From Gammaproteobacteria bacterium (GTDB taxonomy: Bacteria; Pseudomonadota; Gammaproteobacteria; QZLD01): 64,000 nucleotides of DNA. The stretch spans positions 23,879 through 87,878 of the forward strand of contig JAWSVC010000013.1 of the NCBI GenBank assembly GCA_033852075.1, written 5' to 3'. Numbering within the stretch: the first letter of the stretch is position 1; the number at the start of each line of letters is the position of its first letter. Both the position numbers and the translations under genes were made by a program. Positions 31,068 through 40,200 of the stretch are shown here, piece after piece. The notes under the pieces are model-generated. The model saw only the letters and a list, made by a program, of their open reading frames with translations, did not search any database and was not told the origin of the DNA.

Positions 31068-32005
31068 GAGTGGTTACGCTCATATGCCTCAATTATCCTC
31101 TGAACCAATGGGTGTCTAACAACATCTGCAGCAGTAAATTCACTAAAACTAATTCCATCTACCCCCTTAAGAAGCCTTACTGCATCCTTAAGTCCATTCT
31201 TTTCTACTGATGGCAAATCAATCTGAGTAATATCCCCTGTAACAACAGCTGTAGATCCAAACCCGATTCTGGTTAGAAACATTTTCATCTGCTGTTTGGT
31301 AGTATTCTGTGCTTCATCAAGGATTACAAAGGCATTATTAAGCGTTCTACCGCGCATATAAGCTAATGGAGCAATCTCGATTATGTTTTTTTCAATAAGC
31401 TTTGCGACTCTGTCAATTCCTAACATTTCATACAATGCATCATAAATCGGACGCAGATACGGATCTACCTTTTGCGCCATATCACCGGGTAAAAACCCTA
31501 AGCGTTCACCAGCCTCAACAGCAGGGCGTACTAATACCAATCTATGCACCCTTTCCTGCTCTAACGCTTCAACTGCACAAGCCACCGCCAGAAAGGTTTT
31601 ACCAGTACCTGCCGGCCCTACCCCAAAGTTAATATCATTTTCTCTAATACTTTTAACGTAAATATTTTGGTTTTTACCGCGCGGTTTAACAGATATTTTA
31701 CGGGCACGAATAATATTACCGTCAGGCTCCATGGTTATTAGCCTGGCGTCTGCCTCTTTGAGTACCAAGTGCACTTCTTCTGTTGTAAAGTCAGAGTCTG
31801 CTTGCTGATAAAGCTTTAAAAGTATCGCCTTTACCAACTCTAGTTCAGTCTCTTTTCCTGATACCCGAAAACGATTACCTCGGTAATGGATCTGCACTCC
31901 AAGACGTTCTTCAATAAGGCGTAAATTACAATCAAACTGACCACAAAGATTAGATAGCAGATTACCCTCTGCTGGCTCTAAAAAGAAATCTATAAATTCT
32001 GGCAT
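31064..32005 (-). CDS. ybeZ: PhoH-like ATPase YbeZ
   Basis: 313 aa with Walker A GPAGTGKT and ILDEAQN. Confidence 0.9.
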   Translation of the reverse strand: MPEFIDFFLEPAEGNLLSNLCGQFDCNLRLIEERLGVQIHYRGNRFRVSGKETELELVKAILLKLYQQADSDFTTEEVHLVLKEADARLITMEPDGNIIRARKISVKPRGKNQNIYVKSIRENDINFGVGPAGTGKTFLAVACAVEALEQERVHRLVLVRPAVEAGERLGFLPGDMAQKVDPYLRPIYDALYEMLGIDRVAKLIEKNIIEIAPLAYMRGRTLNNAFVILDEAQNTTKQQMKMFLTRIGFGSTAVVTGDITQIDLPSVEKNGLKDAVRLLKGVDGISFSEFTAADVVRHPLVQRIIEAYERNHS

Positions 32006-32075
32006 TACCCCTCCCCCTTTACTAACTCACCACGCAGTAAATATAAAAGTACAAATTGCATTTGTGCTACGCTAT

Positions 32076-33038
32076 TCATTCTTTTGCCCGATTTAGAATA
32101 CTAACAACCAATCTCTTAACCGTATCCGCCTCATCACTTTTACTTGTTGCAATAAACAGAGTCAGAGCAGCCAGTGCCTCATTGCTTATAACCTGTTCCC
32201 CACTTTCTGAGAACAGTTCGTTATTTTGATTAAGAAAGTAAATAAAACACATCGCAGCAATACGTTTGTTTCCATCCACAAAAGAGTGATTTTTGACAAT
32301 AAAATAAAGTAGATTAGCTGCCTTTTCTTCTAAGGTTGGATAGATATCGACTTTGTCATACGTCTGGGCAATCTGACCAATAGAACTAGCAAAGCTCTCA
32401 TCTTTTGGCTTAGCAAACACATCGTTTTCAAAATCAGAATACATCTCGCCAATTACTTGCAAATAATCATCAACTTGAGGATAAATCACTTCTTTTACCG
32501 TATTTCCTTTGCTATCTAACGTTTCATGATCATAATCATCAAGAAGAGTCAGCCCATTGGCAAATACAGTAAACAAACTTTCATTTTCCGTATCCATTTG
32601 GTTTTCAATTGCTCTACCCAGAATACGGATACCAGTTTTTAGATATTCAACTTCCTGCTGTTTTTGAGCCAAACGTTGCTCATTGATTGCATATCCTTGA
32701 ACCAGATAATCTTTTAACCGCTGAGTAGCCCAGATGCGGAATTGGGTAGCTTCACTTGAATTTACTCTATAACCAATGGAGATTATCATGTCCAGATTAT
32801 AGACATTCATTTTTCTCTTTTTACCATCTGCTGCAACCTGTTCCATTTTGGAACAGGTTGAATTACGATCTAACTCACCTGTTTTATAGATATTACCAAT
32901 ATGCTTAACAATGGCAGGACGATTAACATTAAATAACAATGCTATCAAATGAGCATCAAGCCAAATAGTATTATTATCCAATTTAACTCGAACATCAGCT
33001 CCAGAACTACTTTTATAAATCTCTATTTTACTTTCCAT
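32076..33038 (-). CDS. RhuM-family N-terminal domain fused to a Doc-type Fic domain
   Basis: The N-terminus WLDAHLIALLFNVNRPAIVKHIGNIYKTGEL ... NLDMIISIGYRVNS.EATQFRIWATQRLKDYLVQGY is RhuM-like. The C-terminus HSFVDGNKRIAAM matches the Doc variant of the Fic motif, HxFx(D/N)(A/G)NKR. Confidence 0.8.
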   Translation of the reverse strand: MESKIEIYKSSSGADVRVKLDNNTIWLDAHLIALLFNVNRPAIVKHIGNIYKTGELDRNSTCSKMEQVAADGKKRKMNVYNLDMIISIGYRVNSSEATQFRIWATQRLKDYLVQGYAINEQRLAQKQQEVEYLKTGIRILGRAIENQMDTENESLFTVFANGLTLLDDYDHETLDSKGNTVKEVIYPQVDDYLQVIGEMYSDFENDVFAKPKDESFASSIGQIAQTYDKVDIYPTLEEKAANLLYFIVKNHSFVDGNKRIAAMCFIYFLNQNNELFSESGEQVISNEALAALTLFIATSKSDEADTVKRLVVSILNRAKE

Positions 33039-33152
33039 AAACTTTTTCCCATATAATTACCGGGCCATAGTTATCTTATTATTACAACAAACTCCCTCTA
33101 TGCGCTTAACTTTGGAAGATATACTCATAACACCAACATATAATTGGAAGAA

Positions 33153-34508
33153 TCACAATTTTGCACTATTAACTTCAACTAACTCAGCACGCAATGAATT
33201 AGGTAACGCCTCGGTAATCCTTACTTTTACCAACTCTCCGATAAGATCGGTCGAACCATCAAAGTTAACTACGCGATTATTCTCTGTTCTACCAGAAATC
33301 TGTCCATTTTTTTGTTTAGATTCTTGATAAACGATAACTTCCTGCTCTGTTCCAACCATAGCAGCACTTACTCTGGCTGCCTGCTTATTTATCTGCTTTT
33401 GAAGAATTGCTAAACGTTCTTTCTTCACTGCAAGATCAGTATCGTCTTCCATTTTTGCTGCTTCGGTACCAGGCCTTGGGCTGTAAACAAAGCTGAATGA
33501 TTGATCAAATCCGATTTCTTTAATCAAATCCATTGTCTCATTAAAGTTTTCTTCAGTCTCACCAGGAAAACCGACAATAAAATCAGATGAAATACTAATA
33601 TCTGGGCGCACTTCTTTAAGTTTGGCAACCTTTTCTTTATATTCTGATGATGTATATTTACGCCTCATAAGCTTCAACACCTGATCTGAGCCAGATTGAA
33701 CCGGCAGATGTAAATGATTAACTAATTTCGGCTCTTCAGCAAAGATCTGAATTAGTTCATCACCAAACCATTTCGGGTGAGAGGTGGTAAAGCGAATTCT
33801 TTTTATCGCATCTATCTTAGCCACCGCACGTATTAACTTTGCTATAGATGACTTTTCACCGTTCTCATCTTTACCCTGATAGGCATTAACATTTTGCCCA
33901 AGCAGATTTACCTCTTTTACCCCTTGCTTGGTCAAGGCAATAATTTCATCAAGAATATCCTGTTGTGGCCTGCTCCACTCTCTACCTCTGGTATATGGCA
34001 CCACACAGTAGGTACAAAAGTTATTACAACCTTCCATTATCGATACAAATGCTGTTGCGCCCTCAGATCTTGGCTCTGGCAGAGAATCAAACTTTTCTAT
34101 TTCCGGGAAAGACACATCCACTTGAGGCTGGTGAGTTTGTTCAAATGTTGCCAACATCTCTGGCAAACGATGAAGTGTTTGCGGGCCAAATACTATATCA
34201 ACGTGATTTGCCTGCTTGAGTACGTTCTCACCCTCTTGACTTGGAACACAACCTGCAACCGCAATAATTATTTCGGGGTTTTTCTCTTTAAGCTTGCGCC
34301 ATCTACCCAAACCAGAAAATATCTTATTCCTGGCATTCTCACGTATGGAGCAGGTATTAACTATCAACAAGGTTGCTTCTTCCGCACTATTTGCCTGGGT
34401 ATATCCGCAACGATCAATTAAGAGATCTGCGATCTTGGCAGAATCGTACTCATTCATTTGGCAACCGTGTGTCTTAATATAAAAACTACGCAAAACTTTC
34501 CTCAACAT
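33153..34508 (-). CDS. miaB: tRNA-i6A37 methylthiotransferase MiaB
   Basis: 451 aa. It has the UPF0004 Cys triad context (GCQMN ... NTCSIRE ... GC), a radical-SAM CNNFCTYC motif, and a TRAM C-terminus. Confidence 0.95.
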   Translation of the reverse strand: MLRKVLRSFYIKTHGCQMNEYDSAKIADLLIDRCGYTQANSAEEATLLIVNTCSIRENARNKIFSGLGRWRKLKEKNPEIIIAVAGCVPSQEGENVLKQANHVDIVFGPQTLHRLPEMLATFEQTHQPQVDVSFPEIEKFDSLPEPRSEGATAFVSIMEGCNNFCTYCVVPYTRGREWSRPQQDILDEIIALTKQGVKEVNLLGQNVNAYQGKDENGEKSSIAKLIRAVAKIDAIKRIRFTTSHPKWFGDELIQIFAEEPKLVNHLHLPVQSGSDQVLKLMRRKYTSSEYKEKVAKLKEVRPDISISSDFIVGFPGETEENFNETMDLIKEIGFDQSFSFVYSPRPGTEAAKMEDDTDLAVKKERLAILQKQINKQAARVSAAMVGTEQEVIVYQESKQKNGQISGRTENNRVVNFDGSTDLIGELVKVRITEALPNSLRAELVEVNSAKL

Positions 34509-34834
34509 TCATTCATTTAATAAAGGGAGGCAATTTTACTGTTTTTATAACATTGTTTCTATTATTTATTAGTTATTTATCGCAATATATTTTGCGTTCG
34601 ATTTGCCTAAATAATATATTTTTCCAACCCAAATACCCATAAGCCATTTATTCTATTAAGCTAACAATTTTTCCGGTGCATAACCTTACAAAATAACACA
34701 TTAACAAAGTATCAATACCAATAGACTTGATCATTTTTTATGTTACATTTTTGTTAAAAATCGAATATTATCTGGTAATTACAGAATCTGATTACAGATA
34801 GTATAATGCTAGGAATACTTCAGTGGAATCAAAC

Positions 34835-35320
34835 ATGGAAACCGATACACTTTGCCCTTGTGGGACATTAAAGGATTACTCTAATTGCTGCGGCCCTATT
34901 CATAATGGGTTGGCCAAAGCAGAATCTGCAGAACAACTAATGCGCTCCCGTTTCTCTGCCTTTAGCCGCGAAAATGTTAGCTATATTGTTGATACTACTC
35001 ATCATAATTACATAACAGATCATGATAAGGCCGAAATAACAAAAAGCGTTATGAGATTTAAGTGGCTACGCCTTGATATACATAATAAAAAAGCCGGTAC
35101 ACCTGATGACAAACATGGAATTGTAGAGTTTACTGCCCACTTTGTTGACACCTATACTGGACAAACCGGGTCGGTAACCGAACGCTCTAATTTTCTTAAG
35201 GTAAAAGACAGATGGTACTACACCGATGGTGAAACCAAACAGCAATCAGAAAAAATCAAAAGGAATGATCCTTGTTGGTGTGGTAGTGGCAAAAAATACA
35301 AAAAATGTCATGGTGTGTAA
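34835..35320 (+). CDS. ychJ: YchJ family (UPF0225) protein with SEC-C motifs at both ends
   Basis: It has CPCGTLKDYSNCCG at the N-terminus and DPCWCGSGKKYKKCHG at the C-terminus. I chose the ATG at 34835 over the listed GTG at 34823. Confidence 0.8.
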   Translation: METDTLCPCGTLKDYSNCCGPIHNGLAKAESAEQLMRSRFSAFSRENVSYIVDTTHHNYITDHDKAEITKSVMRFKWLRLDIHNKKAGTPDDKHGIVEFTAHFVDTYTGQTGSVTERSNFLKVKDRWYYTDGETKQQSEKIKRNDPCWCGSGKKYKKCHGV

Positions 35321-35365
35321 CTTCCCAAAATCCAACCGTTCAATCGCGACTTTTTCAACCGAATT

Positions 35366-35404
35366 AATATCGTAATAACTGAAGTTGGTTATTACGATAT
35401 TTTG
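35366..35404 (+). terminator. Rho-independent terminator of ychJ
   Basis: A perfect 14-bp stem AATATCGTAATAAC / GTTATTACGATATT with an 8-nt loop, followed by TTTT. Confidence 0.75.
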
Positions 35405-35497
35405 GCAAACCGCCTAAATCATAGCCAAATCGTATGATGAATAATTCGGCAAATTGTATGATGTTAAAGTGGTGCTCTACACTTGACCCTTTGGTTT

Positions 35498-35854
35498 TTA
35501 ATCTTTTATCGTTGGATAAGCATCACACACAGGAAATGTAGCCAAAGCTCCATCAATTTGACTGCATCGGTCACTGAGATAACAAATAAACTTTTTACCT
35601 GATGCCTGTGCAGTTAATGCCAATGTCAAAGCTGCTTGAGATGATGGATTTTCATCTTCAAAAACCAACCCAGAACTACTTGTACACTCTGAATTCTTAA
35701 CTGATACGCCATCTTTAATACCAATATATATAAGATTAATATGACTCCAATTTGATTTACGAATTTCAGTTGGAACACCTCCAATCCATTGCCCGGCAAA
35801 AGTCACATGACTAAATAAAATTAGCAACAAAAATAATTTAATACGTAATAACAT
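35498..35854 (-). CDS. Small secreted Cys protein, paralog P1 of the island family (located downstream of the RHS core gene)
   Basis: The start was moved to the ATG at 35854, preceded by GGAGAGAAGTAT. The signal peptide is MLLRIKLFLLLILFSHVTFA. Family motifs are CTSSSGLVF and AALTLALTAQASGKKF ... C. Confidence 0.7.
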   Translation of the reverse strand: MLLRIKLFLLLILFSHVTFAGQWIGGVPTEIRKSNWSHINLIYIGIKDGVSVKNSECTSSSGLVFEDENPSSQAALTLALTAQASGKKFICYLSDRCSQIDGALATFPVCDAYPTIKD

Positions 35855-36293
35855 ATACTTCTCTCCTATAATTCGATTAATTTTAAAATAAATAAATTTA
35901 TACCAATTGACAATCAAATAGATCTCACTATTCTTTTAATTTCACACATTGAATCTGGTGTGAAATATCAACATGCTGGTTATTACCATATTTACGGATC
36001 AGGTTTTTTATAACATGCACTCTATGCAATACCGATTTAATGGTGTTATAAATAGACCTGACCCTTAACTTACTTCTCACTTGCATGTCGGACTCTTTCT
36101 CTTGTTTAACTGGAAATGCCTATTACCAGTTTGGCACCTAGATGCCGTTGTTGAGAGGAGGAGTTCATGCCATAAAACTAGCGGGCTGTAGGGGCCTAGT
36201 CATCCTTTCCAATCACATATCAAATTGATTAATGTGTGGTAACTATAATCAACCAGATACGCCGCTATTTTTCAAACACTCCAAACACCAGAT

Positions 36294-37154
36294 TCAGTTA
36301 TACTCCAACCCCTCTTCGGCATTTTTAATTGCGCGATCTTTTCTTGCGACATTGTTATGTTCCTTATTACGGGCTTTTTCAAACGGTTTATATTTTATTA
36401 TGATATTTCTGGGGTCAATGTTTATAGAATCTTTATAAGAAGATAGTCCAATCGCCCCCCATCCCGAATCCTTTTTAAAACTCCAACTTAACTTCTTCCA
36501 ACCTGTTTTTGCCGAAATATTCATATTAAAACCTCTACATTCCACCCCATACTCTTTAGCAATTGCACTTAAATCGCTTTGTAAAGCAGCCTTTCCATAA
36601 AACACTCCCCCTTGAACTGTAATATTTCCATCACTGTCAAGCTCTACCTTCATGAATTCAGCATCTACTTTAGCGCTATAAACTCCATCTGAAAAATTTG
36701 CACTTATTCTGTCACTTATATCAACACTAATCCCCTCTCTCCCATCAGGATCAACAAATCCATACGGATTATTATTGGCATAGGCATAGCGATTAAAGCT
36801 ATTCATATTATCTTCTTTAAACCTCAACGGGTCTGTGGCCATAAAGCGTCCCAATACTGGGTTGTAGTAGCGCTGCTGCATGTAGGTGAGATTGGACTCG
36901 GCATCTTCGACATGACCGGTATAGGATTTAGCGGTATCGGATTGGTCACCTCCGCTGTATACCCTTTCACCATAAGGGGCGTACATATTGAATTTTAAGA
37001 TATCCTCTTCACCTGCCTCATCGGTCATCTTTATCGGGCTACCCTGATAATCGTTGTGCAGGAAGGTGATAGTAGTTTTGGTTTTGGCGTAACCGTTTCC
37101 AGCCACCAGCAGTGCTGTTACCAGCACCAGTTTACTTATTTGTTTCATGTTCAT
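36294..37154 (-). CDS. Stand-alone RHS repeat-associated core with its own signal peptide and a ~146-aa C-terminal domain of unknown function
   Basis: The start was moved to the ATG at 37154 (AAGGAT upstream). The signal peptide is MNMKQISKLVLVTALLVAGNGYA. The mature protein begins at the RHS core (FLHNDYQGSPIKMTDEAGE ... YAPYGE ... YTGHVEDAESNLTYMQQRYYNPVLGRFMATDP ... NRYAYANNNPYGFVDPDGRE). Confidence 0.8.
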   Translation of the reverse strand: MNMKQISKLVLVTALLVAGNGYAKTKTTITFLHNDYQGSPIKMTDEAGEEDILKFNMYAPYGERVYSGGDQSDTAKSYTGHVEDAESNLTYMQQRYYNPVLGRFMATDPLRFKEDNMNSFNRYAYANNNPYGFVDPDGREGISVDISDRISANFSDGVYSAKVDAEFMKVELDSDGNITVQGGVFYGKAALQSDLSAIAKEYGVECRGFNMNISAKTGWKKLSWSFKKDSGWGAIGLSSYKDSINIDPRNIIIKYKPFEKARNKEHNNVARKDRAIKNAEEGLEYN

Positions 37155-37182
37155 TTTCGTATCCTTTTCGTATTCAGTGGGT

Positions 37183-37209
37183 GCCTCCGGAGCCAATAAC
37201 TCCGGAGGC
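37183..37209 (-). promoter_or_regulatory. GC-rich intercistronic hairpin between the YD shell gene and the RHS core gene
   Basis: A perfect 10-bp inverted repeat GCCTCCGGAG-N7-CTCCGGAGGC lies immediately after the YD gene stop (37220-22). No U tract follows it. Confidence 0.65.
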
Positions 37210-37219
37210 ATGCCGCAAA

Positions 37220-40200
37220 TTAATCAACCTTCGGAATAATAATGGTCATATCCCCAACCATGATCGGGATATACTTATGCTGCACCGTTATCGGCGCAGG
37301 ACTTACCACCCACTCGTCACAGCTGTTTGCCGAGCAGCTACGGATACGTACATAATAGGTTCCGTCATCCAGATCCTGAATCTGTGCTGATGTATCACTA
37401 CCTGAATAGATTGATTGAACATTTTCAGAAAAGTCGTAATCGGTTGAGATGTCAATTTCATAACTAATAGCATCCGGGACACTATCCCACGAAAGGCTAA
37501 AACTGCCGTCGGTGTCTATTTCACCATTGATTGCATTTTCCGGTAATACCAGGTTGTATTCCGGTATTTCTTCTTCAACGTTTACTTCGGCAATCGCTTT
37601 ACCTGCCAGCATCACATACTCTTTGCTGGTACCATCTGCACGATATTCACCGATCAGATCACCACCGGAGCTATAGAAGAAATACGCATCCGGTGAACCG
37701 GATTTTTCCTTTTTAACACGCATGCGGTTACCGTCGTAAAGGTAGTTAACTTCTCCGTTATTTAAACTTACCATTGCTCCTGCATGATTATAACGGTAAT
37801 AGTCTTTACCATCACTGATAATATTGCCGTAGTTATCGTAATCGAACGAATATTCTTCTTTTCCGAAAACAACTTCATTTGTCGCTGCATTCAGACGCCC
37901 GTTTTCATCATAATCATACTCAACCAGTCTGGTGGCTATTTTTTTGCGGGTAATATTCCCCTGCGCATCGTAATCAAATTCGATATCGTTGGTAAACGTT
38001 TTTTGGGGCTCATCTGTCAGCATTCTGTTTGTTCTGTATATTGTCAGCATGCCTTCCGTAGGTGTCATAGATTTAAGACGCCCCATGCCATCATAGGTCA
38101 TACTGGAATAATCCGTATCCGGCATACCGGTAATACTGCTGATATTGCCATTTTTATGATGACCATATTCTAACGAGAGTAGTCCTGGGGTATTTATGCT
38201 CTGTACCCAGAGGCGCGAATCAAGTGCTGTTGTCTCAACATGGCCGTTACCGTAATGAAGCTGATGCACACTACCGGACGGGTGCCAGGTAACAGCTTCG
38301 GCAAACACCATATGTCCGTCACCGGTTCTTACTTCTGCCGGTCTGCCGAAGGCATCCGGGTTATATATAAGCGTGCCGATATCACCCTGCGCTGGATATT
38401 CGATTTGCTCAAGCATATCAAGATTGTTAAAACCATAATCCAGCGTATAGGTATTTCCGTCAACCACAAGGTTTTCCCAATCCAGATTGCCGTTCTTGTC
38501 ATATCCATAGTTACGCTGTACCGAGTCTGTTTTCATAGCCGTTACCAAACCACGGTTGTTGTAGTCAAACTCAATATTTTCGGCAGAATCTACTGAACCG
38601 GTTGCGGCCGGATAGACAATTCCGGTCTGACGATTTTGTGCGTCATAGTTATAGGTAATCCACTGGCTGCTACTGCTGCTGTTAACCCTTTGCTGAGTCA
38701 GGTTGCCATTTGCATCATAACGGAAATCTGTTATGCCGACTTCCGGGTCATTAATTGATTCCAGCTGATACTTATTGTTGTAACGATAGGTTCTGGTCAT
38801 CACACCACGACCAACACCGGATATCCCCTGTTTGACATTTTTTATCCTGCCAACCAAGTCGCGATTAATTACGGTGCGGTTAATCAAAAGATCACCGTTA
38901 TCATCAAAGTTTTCAACCTTGATTAGGTTCTTTTCTGCCGGATTGCCATAGGAACGGTAGTGGTTTTTGGTTACCACGCCTTCAGGATCGGTTATCTTTT
39001 CCTGATTATTGGAAAGATACTCAATGCTTGTTGCATTACCAGCCTGATCGGTTGTTTTTACTACACGATCAAGCACATCATATTTATAGGCGATACGTTT
39101 GCTATCACTATTCGGATTATATTTATATCTTACCCGCCCTTTTGAGTCGTACGCAACTTTATTCCAAATCTGACTGGAAGGATTACCCTTATCGGTATAG
39201 GTGGTTTTAACAACCTGTCCCATTCCATCAAGTGTTTTGACCTGTTTAAAATCTCCACGAGTAAGCGTTTCGGAATTTTTACTATAGCCAATAGATACCC
39301 TGCTTCCCTGCGGCTTGGTTATTGAGGTGATCCTGTCCAGATTATCATAACCAAAACTGGTAGTAATTACTGTTCCATCCAGCTCTTTAACCGACTCAGA
39401 TCTAATGGTGCCATCGCTATTTACCACCCGGGTGATCTCAATCGAGTGATTGGCATCAACCGGTCTTACCTCTTTCCGGGGAATACCTCCGGAGTAATTA
39501 CTAAATTTAGTTTCATTACCTTTGGCGTCTTTGTGAATATATAATTCACCATGTGAAGAAGTGTGATAACGATAACTCTGCGTTATCCCATTGACAGTCT
39601 CCTCACTTACTTTACCAATGCTGTTATATTTACGGGTTACTTTGTTGTAAATTTGCGGACCACTACCAACATAACTGCCACCGGTACTGTTTGAAACCTC
39701 TTCTAAAGTTGCATGATTGATCAACCATTTTGATTTTTTATATGATGAATTAAAACCATATCTTGTCATACGATATGCTCCGTCATTACCCCACTCTTTA
39801 ACTTCCCTTGCATTACCATAATCATCATAATCGGAATAGGTGGTTTTATATTGGGTGCCATCCTGAATAGTAATTACCTTGGTTTGAATAGGTACATAGG
39901 TATCACTATCTTCAACTAAATTTTCATAGGTTGTATTGCGTAAGTTGCTGGCGCTGGATATTTTCTGTTTATCCCAGGTATAACTAATTTTTTTTGAGGA
40001 ATTGTCTGTTGTTGAACTGCCACCTATACCTATATACCAAGTCCCATTTGCACTCTTGGTCGCTAAGCTACTAGCTTCGCGAGAAACACCAAAACCCAAA
40101 GTTCCTCCTCCTTTGGTGTAAGTTACTGATTTAGTAAGTCCTGTCCTCCAAGCACTGCCATACTGTGAACCGTAGTGTTTATAGATGGTTTTGCTGCTAT

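Noticed and set aside
33894-34421. 175-aa plus-strand ORF, plus two shorter ones, inside miaB.
   Set aside because: They are antisense to a complete MiaB with all radical-SAM motifs. They are shadow ORFs.
36000-36293. A relatively GC-richer patch (about 36100-36230) and a 9-bp perfect hairpin ATTTCACAC/GTGTGAAAT (35948-35975) lie between the RHS core gene and P1. I considered a tRNA or ncRNA, or a decayed immunity gene.
   Set aside because: I could not fold a cloverleaf or recognise a known RNA motif, and there is no ORF with an SD. It is left unassigned.
37531-39210. Plus-strand ORFs antisense to the YD-repeat gene (37531-37716, 37784-38173, 38240-38596, 38960-39210), and 41008-41533 ORFs overlapping its 5' end.
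   Set aside because: They are shadow frames of a long, repeat-rich coding gene. Their translations are His/Ile/Arg-rich with no domain features.
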